IMG/VR virus record: IMGVR_UViG_3300008339_000033
Source: an uncultured virus (IMG/VR IMGVR_UViG_3300008339_000033)
Taxonomy: Duplodnaviria > Heunggongvirae > Uroviricota > Caudoviricetes
Strand: one strand, 5' to 3'
Length of the DNA stretch: 64,000 nucleotides
Under the pieces are notes generated by a model that did not search any database, had not been told where the DNA came from, and saw only the letters and a program-made list of their open reading frames with translations. Every line of letters starts with the position of its first letter. Position 1 is the first letter of the stretch. Shown one piece after another: positions 48,382-56,602 of this stretch. The position numbers and the translations under genes were made by a program.

Positions 48382-50271
48382 TTAATCTTCCCGTATATTG
48401 TCTTCATCTAGTAAAGAGCTGGCTTCTTGTTCTTCTCTAAAAAGATTTAACTTTTTATCCAACCCTTCAAGTAATGATTTACTTTGTTTATAGTGTGTTT
48501 TACTTTCTAAATTTAATCCACTTTTGCCCTTTCCGATATCAGGTTGATCATCTACTTTCATAGCTTTTACTCCTAATCTATCTTTACCTAAAGCATTATC
48601 TTGAGTATTAATATCAGATGCTTTTTCTACAGGTCGTCCTAAAGGAATATTTTCATTATACCCATCAGGTAAGTTATCAGGATTTGAACCCATTCTACCT
48701 TTACCATATAGGAATGCTAAATCATGTGGTGTACCGTAAGATTTACCAGATTCTAATGGATCATTTCCTTCGTTTAATATTTGATTAAATCTAAATGCAC
48801 GTTTTTGATCTTGTACAATTAAGTCTCTATATTCAGAATATTCATCTTCACTTAAATGGAATATATTATCATAAACCCAATCTGAAGGGAGTAACTTTTT
48901 ATCTAAAACATCACCTGCTAATGCTACTTTTTCTTTTAATAAAGCAATCCTTTCCTGATCATAAATAATAGATGGAGTTGTTAATGATAATTCAAAATTA
49001 GTTAAACTTTCATCTTTATATCCCTGAGTGTATAAATGGATTAATGCTATTTTATATAATTCAGATAAAGCAATTCTTTGAATTCTATCAATAGTACGAG
49101 CAAATCTAATATCTTCTGCTGCTAAAGTAGCTTTACCTGTTAAATCTTTATCATAACCCAAAAATGCTTTTGGTACTTTTAATGCAGCAAATAATTTATC
49201 TCTTAAATAAGCAACGTCTTGAATACCATCATAATCTAATCCTTTTGTAGTATCAATTCTAGTAGCACTATCATTACCTCTAACAGGAATGTAAAAATCT
49301 TCTAACATGTTTTGCATGTTATATTTTAAATTATACTCACCTGTTTGAGGATCCATAAGAGGAGTACGTTTCATAGTGGTAATAGTTTTTTGCATAAAAC
49401 CTTCTACCTCGTTTGGTGGAATACCTCCTACGTTAATATAAAATATACGTTTCTCAGGAGCTCTAGCTATTCTATGAATAAGCATAGCATCTTCCATTAA
49501 AGTATATTGTTTAAATATTTTTCTAGCTGGTTCCAAATATGATCTACCATAAGGTAAAAAATTCATATCTGTTAATAATCTAAAGTGAACTATTTCGTAA
49601 TTATCAAAAGTTACTCTATTAGATTCTTTATTTAAAGCTTGATTAGGTAAAGTATAATATCCTGAGGTTCCACTATAAAAACCTTCAGGTGAATAAATAA
49701 ATCTTACTGCAGCTGGATGTTCTCTATCATAATGCTCTTCTCGTGAAATGTGATAAGCAGCATATGGAATTACATTATAAACACCAAATTTTTCAGCAAT
49801 TTCTAATTTTAGGAAAAAGTCACCGTATTTACACATTTGGCGAATCCAACTCCATAAATTAAACTCAACATTTAATACATCATAAAATAAATTATAAAGA
49901 ATCTTTTGAATATCATCATTAGAACTTCTAATTTGTAATACTTCTCCTAAATCATTCTTTAATGTACATTCATCTGCTATAATATCTAAACTCGAAGCAA
50001 CGATAGCATCAGCATCCATCACATCATAGTCAGAATATATTTGAGGTCTTAAATATTGGTAATTTAAATTAAGTTGATTACCATATAAAGATGTAGCTGC
50101 GGGGGAGTAAATTCGATTGAATCTATCTATAAGAGAGTTAGTGACTACATCACCGGAGGTTTGAATGGAATCAGTATCCATTACTGTTAATTGATTACCC
50201 CCAGTGTTTCTTATAACAACATCGGTTGAAAATAATCTTTGTAATCTTGAAAATATACTTTTATCAGCCAT
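48382..50271 (-). CDS. portal protein (gp20-like)
   Basis: LMEDAMLIHRIARAPEKRIFYI, MLEDFYIPVRG, LFAALKVP. Confidence 0.95.
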   Translation of the reverse strand: MADKSIFSRLQRLFSTDVVIRNTGGNQLTVMDTDSIQTSGDVVTNSLIDRFNRIYSPAATSLYGNQLNLNYQYLRPQIYSDYDVMDADAIVASSLDIIADECTLKNDLGEVLQIRSSNDDIQKILYNLFYDVLNVEFNLWSWIRQMCKYGDFFLKLEIAEKFGVYNVIPYAAYHISREEHYDREHPAAVRFIYSPEGFYSGTSGYYTLPNQALNKESNRVTFDNYEIVHFRLLTDMNFLPYGRSYLEPARKIFKQYTLMEDAMLIHRIARAPEKRIFYINVGGIPPNEVEGFMQKTITTMKRTPLMDPQTGEYNLKYNMQNMLEDFYIPVRGNDSATRIDTTKGLDYDGIQDVAYLRDKLFAALKVPKAFLGYDKDLTGKATLAAEDIRFARTIDRIQRIALSELYKIALIHLYTQGYKDESLTNFELSLTTPSIIYDQERIALLKEKVALAGDVLDKKLLPSDWVYDNIFHLSEDEYSEYRDLIVQDQKRAFRFNQILNEGNDPLESGKSYGTPHDLAFLYGKGRMGSNPDNLPDGYNENIPLGRPVEKASDINTQDNALGKDRLGVKAMKVDDQPDIGKGKSGLNLESKTHYKQSKSLLEGLDKKLNLFREEQEASSLLDEDNIRED

Positions 50272-50293
50272 GACTATACGATAATGAATTTTT

Positions 50294-51877
50294 TTAAATT
50301 AACCAACTTAAGTTTTCCTTATTTCCATTTATATCCATTTGATAAGGATTAGGAACATTACCATTAGGAGTATAAAGACCTTTATTAGATACTCTACTAA
50401 CTCCTAAATTATTTAATGCTGCTCTAGCTAAGTCTTGATTTTGTGTTTTAAATTTTAAAGAAGTATCTCTTAAATACATTCCAATAGCAAAAGACATCAC
50501 TAAATCATCATTATATCCTGATTGTGCTTCTGCTCTACCATTTTTCCAAACGAATACCTTCATTTCTTCTACTAATCGTTTAGATTGAATAATAACGGCT
50601 CTATCACCAACATATTCTCTGAATTTATTAATTACTAATGGTCTTGATCTTAAAGACATAGTAAACCCAGGCACTTGACTTGTTGGATCTTGATAATAAC
50701 CTTGAGAATAAGATTCAGCATTAAAACTTTCATTTTTAGGAGAATAATAAAAATTTCTATATCCTTTTTCTAAAATAGTTTCAACTGTTGACCATCCTAT
50801 GTTTGAATTTTCAACAGCTAGTAATGCCTCATTATATTCAGTTGCTATTGATATTAATAATAAGGCAAATTCTTTAGGAGCCAATTGACCTTTATATTCA
50901 GCTACTTGTGTGTTTGTTTCTATATCAAAAACATGAAATGCTGAAAAGTCTTTACTATCTCCTCTAGCAACGTCAGCCGTTACCATATAATTTCTAGAAT
51001 AATCAACAGGTTCCCAAATCCATAAGTTTTGTTCAGTACCCCTTTTTTCTAATGGTTCTTTCAAATATGTGTTTTCATAAAACTCAATTAATTCAGGATA
51101 AAATACTACATCTCCTGATGTTGAGAAATTACAGTCACATTCTTGAGCTGCTAATCTAGGATCTCCTAAATCTTCATCTTGTTTTCGTCTCCAAGCATCA
51201 TCTCGTTCTGGGTGTACAAACCAAGGTAATTTAATTGGTAAGAAGTTATTTTCTTTATTTTCAGCTTTTACCCATGTTTGGTGAAACCAATTACCTGTAC
51301 CATATGGAGTAGATAATACTATAGCACCACCACCAGTGGCTAATGTTTGTTGAGCTGAGGCCCAAATCTCACCAATTCCTTCAATAAATGCTGCCTCGTC
51401 TATAATTAATAGTGATACTGCTTCTGATCGACCTGAATCTGCTGCTGCTGAAACTGCTTTAATTTGGGAACCATTAGATAATCTTAAACTTAATTTATTA
51501 TCTTCTTCTGCTTTTATTTTTAACCAGGAAGGTAAATTACTATACATAAATTTTACCTTGGTTACCATGTTTTTAGCAGTTTCAGTTTTGGTTGCTATAC
51601 ATAATACATTTCGGTCTTTGTTAAATAACATTAACCAAAGTGAATAACCTGCTGTTAATGTTGATATACCTAATTGTCTTGACTTTAAAACTATTGAATT
51701 AGGATTATCTTTCCATAACTTTAATACTTTATCCTGAAATGGATAGAGGCCAAACATTATTCGGCCTCGGGTAGGATGCTGTATATAACAGTATTTACGC
51801 ATAAAATGTCCAGGGTCATTGGCACATTGTAAATACTCTTGTTTAATTATTTCTTTATAATTGGGTTCAGAACTCAT
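50294..51877 (-). CDS. terminase large subunit (gp17-like)
   Basis: KSRQLGIST, LIIDEAAF, STPYG, ADVARG, AVENS, DDLVMS. Confidence 0.95.
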   Translation of the reverse strand: MSSEPNYKEIIKQEYLQCANDPGHFMRKYCYIQHPTRGRIMFGLYPFQDKVLKLWKDNPNSIVLKSRQLGISTLTAGYSLWLMLFNKDRNVLCIATKTETAKNMVTKVKFMYSNLPSWLKIKAEEDNKLSLRLSNGSQIKAVSAAADSGRSEAVSLLIIDEAAFIEGIGEIWASAQQTLATGGGAIVLSTPYGTGNWFHQTWVKAENKENNFLPIKLPWFVHPERDDAWRRKQDEDLGDPRLAAQECDCNFSTSGDVVFYPELIEFYENTYLKEPLEKRGTEQNLWIWEPVDYSRNYMVTADVARGDSKDFSAFHVFDIETNTQVAEYKGQLAPKEFALLLISIATEYNEALLAVENSNIGWSTVETILEKGYRNFYYSPKNESFNAESYSQGYYQDPTSQVPGFTMSLRSRPLVINKFREYVGDRAVIIQSKRLVEEMKVFVWKNGRAEAQSGYNDDLVMSFAIGMYLRDTSLKFKTQNQDLARAALNNLGVSRVSNKGLYTPNGNVPNPYQMDINGNKENLSWLI

Positions 51878-52290
51878 AAAATTAATAATATAGAAATAAT
51901 AAGTAACCCAATACTAGTACCAATTAAAACATTCTTTACATTTTTGGTAGTAGTTAATTTAGAATCTAAGGTTTTTATTTTTTCTGTTTTTAAAGAATCT
52001 ACTTGTTGATAAGTATTTATCTGTTTAATATATGATTCTTCTTTTTTTCCCATTAATGAAATAGCATCATTTAAATAATAGATTTTTTTATTTAAACTAG
52101 CTGTATCTTCTTTAATTAATTCTAATTCATCAGCACATAAATCACCACTTTCTAGATCAAATATTATCTGTTTAGATACTGATAAAGGAAGACATATTAC
52201 TGTATCATTATTTATTGTTGTAACGGTTTGTGAAATAAGCGGAGACACCATTAGAGCTAAACTTATTAATAAGAGATATGTTTTTTTCAT
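51874..52290 (-). CDS. secreted coiled-coil protein with C-terminal TM helix (spanin-like partner)
   Basis: Signal peptide ending at Q, two Cys, coiled coil, hydrophobic C-terminus; overlaps the upstream gene by 83 bp. Confidence 0.55.
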   Translation of the reverse strand: MKKTYLLLISLALMVSPLISQTVTTINNDTVICLPLSVSKQIIFDLESGDLCADELELIKEDTASLNKKIYYLNDAISLMGKKEESYIKQINTYQQVDSLKTEKIKTLDSKLTTTKNVKNVLIGTSIGLLIISILLIL

Positions 52291-52546
52291 ATTGTTTACG
52301 TAAATTAATTAATTTTTTCTGATTATCTTGTAATACTGAATCTATTGTGGTTAATGAATCTTGGATTTGTATTAATTTAAAATTTAATGAATCTATTTTT
52401 TTAGATTCTAATTTAATTTCAATAGCTAAACTATCAATTTTTTTATCAGTAGTATTCTCTACTTTTGGTATAAAAGGGTTCCAAGTAATAAAAATTCCTA
52501 ATAAAACTACCAATATAACTAAAAATATTTTATCCTGCGTTTTCAT
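52208..52546 (-). CDS. i-spanin (Rz)-like protein
   Basis: N-terminal TM helix followed by a long coiled coil. Confidence 0.55.
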   Translation of the reverse strand: MKTQDKIFLVILVVLLGIFITWNPFIPKVENTTDKKIDSLAIEIKLESKKIDSLNFKLIQIQDSLTTIDSVLQDNQKKLINLRKQYEKNISLINKFSSNGVSAYFTNRYNNK

Positions 52547-53063
52547 CTGAACCTTGTGATTTTAATTGTTTTTCTAATGATCTAACTTTTTTTGCTAAAA
52601 AAGCTAATTCTTTATTAGCTAATTTTAATTTTTGGTTTTTATTTGGTTCTAATTCTGTAAGATTTAGTTCATTAGTAGTAGCTCTTATTCTTTGACCAGG
52701 GGCAGCAGTTTTTAGTGCTTTTACAACAGCTGATTTTTGTTGAATTTTAGGATCTTGTTGAACTGAAGTTTCTTCTTCATTACTAGATGTAGCTATAATA
52801 TCTATTGTTCCTTCAGATAAAGTTTCAATAATAACTTCTTTAATATATTCTTTAAACTTAGATTTAGTCATTTTATTAGATTCATCTAAATTAAAACCTA
52901 CATTAGCACCAGGAGAAGTTTTAACAAATGATTTATAATGATTATATAATCTAATAACCTTTACAAGATCATCTTTTATTGATTCTAGTTCTTTCATTTG
53001 ATCAGAATCCTCACCAAATTTTTTAACCAAATAAGATTTTAAATTTCCGTAATAATCTTTCAT
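52530..53063 (-). CDS. hypothetical protein (possible head protein)
   Basis: Internal KSKFKEYIKEVIIETLSE motif; late motif at 53078-53085. Confidence 0.65.
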   Translation of the reverse strand: MKDYYGNLKSYLVKKFGEDSDQMKELESIKDDLVKVIRLYNHYKSFVKTSPGANVGFNLDESNKMTKSKFKEYIKEVIIETLSEGTIDIIATSSNEEETSVQQDPKIQQKSAVVKALKTAAPGQRIRATTNELNLTELEPNKNQKLKLANKELAFLAKKVRSLEKQLKSQGSDENAG

Positions 53064-53097
53064 ATAAAGTATTTTGTTATAAATATATTAAAAGGAT

Positions 53098-53122
53098 AAA
53101 AAAAGCCCACTTATGTGGGCTT
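53098..53122 (-). terminator. intrinsic terminator
   Basis: AAGCCCAC/GTGGGCTT stem followed by a U tract. Confidence 0.8.
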
Positions 53123-53141
53123 AACTAATAAATATATAAAC

Positions 53142-53672
53142 TTAAATAAAATTTACTGGTAATTTTAATTTAATAGAATTAATACGTTCTTCAGTTGTAC
53201 CTGAAATGGTATAATATGTATTTTGATTAATATCCAGTATTTCTCTTATTATATAATCAATATAATTTCTATATTCAACGTCTATGGTACGAACACCATT
53301 ATCCTCGATTTCAAGACCATCAGGCGCTATATAAAATATATAATCGTATTTTTCAATAAAATTACGAGCATAATTGGTAAAATTAATTTTATCAATAAAA
53401 CTTATAGATTTAGCCGCTTGAGTAAAAGCCATAACATCAATAACAGTTCTATCTGTTATAATATTAGGTTTCATAAGCTCAGAACAACGTTCAGCCAAAA
53501 ATATAGTTTGACCTTCAATAGTACTATCTGTATTTAATGGAATACCTAAATCACGTAAATATTTACTGCGTTCAGTAGCAAACTCATAGTCTTTAAATTC
53601 AGGTAACTGTTTGAGAGCATTTACCAATGTAGTTTTACCTACAGACATTGTACCACAAAATCCTATCTTCAT
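53142..53672 (-). CDS. P-loop NadR/AAA_28-like nucleotide kinase/ATPase
   Basis: GTMSVGKTT, ITDRTVID, EDNGVR. Confidence 0.8.
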   Translation of the reverse strand: MKIGFCGTMSVGKTTLVNALKQLPEFKDYEFATERSKYLRDLGIPLNTDSTIEGQTIFLAERCSELMKPNIITDRTVIDVMAFTQAAKSISFIDKINFTNYARNFIEKYDYIFYIAPDGLEIEDNGVRTIDVEYRNYIDYIIREILDINQNTYYTISGTTEERINSIKLKLPVNFI

Positions 53673-53687
53673 AATTTTTTATTTAAT

Positions 53688-53927
53688 TTAAAAACGAGCC
53701 TTTGCAGAACCACCCTTATACCAAGGAAGTCCTTCTCTTGATTTTAAACGATCTTTAAACTGTTTTTCAGTGTACCTAATTCCATAAAGATACCATTCTT
53801 TAGTACCATCAGGATTAATCAATGCGGGTCCATCCCAATTATGGATTTTTCCATCCCAAATATACATTTGAGTACCATCGGGTTTAGTGGTTTTTTTAGA
53901 TTGGGGAAAGGGGGTTTTTTGTTCCAT
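53688..53927 (-). CDS. hypothetical protein (HNWDGPA motif)
   Basis: 79 aa, GKIHNWDGPALI..EWYLYG. Confidence 0.7.
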   Translation of the reverse strand: MEQKTPFPQSKKTTKPDGTQMYIWDGKIHNWDGPALINPDGTKEWYLYGIRYTEKQFKDRLKSREGLPWYKGGSAKARF

Positions 53928-53932
53928 AGTTT

Positions 53933-54112
53933 TTAGTATAGTTCAGGGTGAAAAGTATAAATTTTTCCAGTTTGTACTTCTTCAAGATATATTACTTGTT
54001 CGTCTGTCCACTCAATAGTATCAATATCTCTCATATCTTGGAGAATAAAGTTTTTGTTGTTAGTGGTTACAATCTCTGATGAACCATCTAAAAATGTTAC
54101 GTAGAATTGCAT
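53933..54112 (-). CDS. 59 aa hypothetical protein (below the ORF-track cutoff)
   Basis: MQFYVTFLDGSSEIV...FHPELY*; directly after a host-type promoter and fills the gap. Confidence 0.65.
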   Translation of the reverse strand: MQFYVTFLDGSSEIVTTNNKNFILQDMRDIDTIEWTDEQVIYLEEVQTGKIYTFHPELY

Positions 54113-54136
54113 GTTTTTGTGGTTTTAATTATGACG

Positions 54137-54168
54137 TAAAGATACGAATGGCCTCTTGCGAGGCCAAA
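54137..54168 (-). promoter_or_regulatory. host-type promoter with a hairpin in the spacer
   Basis: TTTG-N20-TATCTTTA; TGGCCTC-GCAA-GAGGCCA hairpin at 54149-54166. Confidence 0.75.
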
Positions 54169-54199
54169 CGTTTATATTACTTTAATATGACTTTTTTTC

Positions 54200-54439
54200 T
54201 TAAGCAACTGTTTCAGATACTTTTTTACGGCGAAAAGACATATAATACATAACATCTGCAACTTCATCAGTAATCCTACGACGACCTGCAATCATGTTTG
54301 AAATATGAGACGTTGAATACCCAGTACGTTCTGAAATGGTATTAATGTCTCCTTGACGAGTACGAGCTTTGTAAAATTGCAAAATTGCTGTACGGTTCAT
54401 TCTGCGCTTGAGCGACTTTCTACGATTTGTGTTTCTCAT
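54200..54439 (-). CDS. small basic HTH DNA-binding protein
   Basis: INTISERTGYSTSHISNMIAGRR helix-turn-helix. Confidence 0.75.
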   Translation of the reverse strand: MRNTNRRKSLKRRMNRTAILQFYKARTRQGDINTISERTGYSTSHISNMIAGRRRITDEVADVMYYMSFRRKKVSETVA

Positions 54440-54461
54440 AACATTTATTTTTTAATTTATA

Positions 54462-54493
54462 TAAAGATACGAATGATTTTTTTATAAACCAAC
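54462..54493 (-). promoter_or_regulatory. host-type promoter
   Basis: GTTG-N20-TATCTTTA. Confidence 0.72.
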
Positions 54494-54494
54494 C

Positions 54495-55823
54495 TTAATT
54501 TAAAAGACTTTCTGCTACATAGATTCCTTGCGCACCTGATACTGTAATACCACGAGCACTTAAAGCATCACCTACAAAATGTACATTTGGATATTCAGTT
54601 AGTGCTAGATTTGTATAATCAACTAATGGTTCAGGAGATAAATATTTTACCTCAGGTATATACATTCCCCAATCATCACCAAATTGAAATACCTCGTTCA
54701 TTTGGTCAATAAAGTTAAGAATATAATCTGCGTATTCACTAAATGCGTCTGTAAACCATGATAATTCAGCAATTTGATAACTATCAACAATATTACTTTC
54801 AGATGTTAATGATGGTTTACGTGTTAAATTAGGTGAATAGTATAAACCGCTTTTTTTAGTTACTGGTAGATCCATTTGACATTTTTTAACTACATCTCTA
54901 CACCATTCAAATGGATTTTCAATACCTTTGATTTCCATCAGAATACCAAAATTGGTCATATCGTTTCTAAATTCTTCACCTTTTTTAGCATGACCGTTGT
55001 AACTAATATCTCCATATGTTTCCTCTACTGCCACATAAGCTGCATTATTGTTAGTGCAGAATGAGCGTAATGATATATTATCAAACTTTTGATATAGTTT
55101 AAAATCATAACTAACATCAATTAATTTTTGAAAATATTTTTGTGGTGCTTCAAAACGTACACCTATTTGTACCGATTTTGGTTCAGTTGGTAGTTTATAA
55201 TCGTCTGCTAGTTGTTTACCAAAGTCAATACCTGATTTACCTACCGCAAAGATTAGTTCATCATAAGTAAGACTTTTTACTTTACCCAATTTTATAGGAA
55301 TATTTGAGTATCCTAAAGTATTTTTATTAAAATTAATACTAATAACTTCTGTTTCCCAACTAAATTTAACACCTTTATCAACTAAATAGTCATACCAACG
55401 TTTTCCTATTTCGTGTAGATAATCTGTACCTATATGATATACGGGAAATAAACGGAGACCGAAGTGAGGTTTGATGAAGTCGGGTTCTGCTTGGGGGTTA
55501 GAATACATAATTTTAGAGGGATCAGGATGAAAACGCTTCCACATTTCAATAGCCTGATCCATTAATTCATATGCTTTGTCTTCACCACAATATTTACTTA
55601 ATTGGCCACCAATTGCAGTATGATATGTTAATTTGCCATCAGAGAATCCTCCAGCTCCTGCGAAACCTGTCATAACTTCCTCAGGTTTACGAGTATAAGG
55701 ATCTTTACCTTTATCAATTATTGTAATAAGTTCACCTGGGTAGTTATTATCTACTAATTTTAGGGCAGCACTAATTCCAGCTACTCCACTTCCTACAATT
55801 ATAATTTTATTTGTATTTTTCAT
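54495..55823 (-). CDS. FAD-dependent oxidoreductase (likely start MKNT at 55823)
   Basis: IVGSGVAG, GFAGAGGFSDGKL, HIGTD, IGVRFE, RSFC, YNGH, VGDALSARGI. Confidence 0.88.
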   Translation of the reverse strand: MKNTNKIIIVGSGVAGISAALKLVDNNYPGELITIIDKGKDPYTRKPEEVMTGFAGAGGFSDGKLTYHTAIGGQLSKYCGEDKAYELMDQAIEMWKRFHPDPSKIMYSNPQAEPDFIKPHFGLRLFPVYHIGTDYLHEIGKRWYDYLVDKGVKFSWETEVISINFNKNTLGYSNIPIKLGKVKSLTYDELIFAVGKSGIDFGKQLADDYKLPTEPKSVQIGVRFEAPQKYFQKLIDVSYDFKLYQKFDNISLRSFCTNNNAAYVAVEETYGDISYNGHAKKGEEFRNDMTNFGILMEIKGIENPFEWCRDVVKKCQMDLPVTKKSGLYYSPNLTRKPSLTSESNIVDSYQIAELSWFTDAFSEYADYILNFIDQMNEVFQFGDDWGMYIPEVKYLSPEPLVDYTNLALTEYPNVHFVGDALSARGITVSGAQGIYVAESLLN

Positions 55824-55824
55824 A

Positions 55825-56442
55825 TTATTTATATTTCCATTTAAATCCAAAGGCAGTTTTTTGTCTTCCTAATATACAATCCTTTATTTGAGACATCAAG
55901 TTACTTGTTTTGCCTGTTTGTTCTTTTATCCATAAAGCTGCTTGACCTTTACTTTCCCATTCTTTAATAATATTACCATTTAAATCACATTGTAAAACAG
56001 GTTTAGCTTGTTTACGTTTAGCTATACCCATATTTTTTGTATGTTCTTCTGTAAAGGGTTTTGGTTTTCCTTTATTACTTTTACTTATTTTAGTTTTAAC
56101 TTCATCTGTATAATACTGAGAGTGGTTTCTTTCTTTTAATGTTTTACTTATTTTTTCCCCAGAACCTGGTCTTGGTTTTCTCATTTTTTGTTTTTGTTCT
56201 TCAGTATAGCTTGAAGGACCACCCCCACCATTATTTTTATTTTCTAATTTGAATCCCCAACATTTAAACTGCTCTATCCAATAACTTTCCCAAAATTTCC
56301 AATCTTCAACTTCATCAATTATTTCTAATTTAATATTAGTTCCATATGTATTATAATGTTTGTGTTTACGTCTGATTGGATTTTTAGCCTTTCCAACATA
56401 AAATGGAACACCATCTCTTTCTAATATATAAATTTTAGTCAT
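55825..56442 (-). mobile_element. free-standing GIY-YIG-like homing endonuclease with NUMOD3/NUMOD1 domains
   Basis: KIYIL...FYVGK...R..H...ESYWI...LENKN; TEEQKQKM repeats; C-terminal KPVLQCDLNG..IKEWES..A...KTAFGFKWKY. Confidence 0.82.
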
Positions 56443-56486
56443 ATTATTTTATTATACATATTCTAAAATTCCGTCAGACCATCCCC

Positions 56487-56518
56487 CTAATATACGATTT
56501 TTTATTTAATATTCCAAA
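56487..56518 (-). promoter_or_regulatory. host-type promoter
   Basis: TTTG-N20-TATATTAG. Confidence 0.7.
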
Positions 56519-56520
56519 TT

Positions 56521-56548
56521 AAAAGTGGCACCCTTTTAGGGGTGCCAC
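56521..56548 (-). terminator. intrinsic terminator
   Basis: GTGGCACCC/GGGTGCCAC stem followed by TTTT. Confidence 0.85.
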
Positions 56549-56602
56549 AGCTACCATAATTTATCTCTTGTTAGAGCGACCAGCTATGAATTGGTCTGTA
56601 TG

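Noticed and set aside
5746..51877. Introns or inteins in nrdA, nrdB, helicase, terminase or capsid genes
   Set aside because: Lengths and motif spacing are normal and the frames are uninterrupted.
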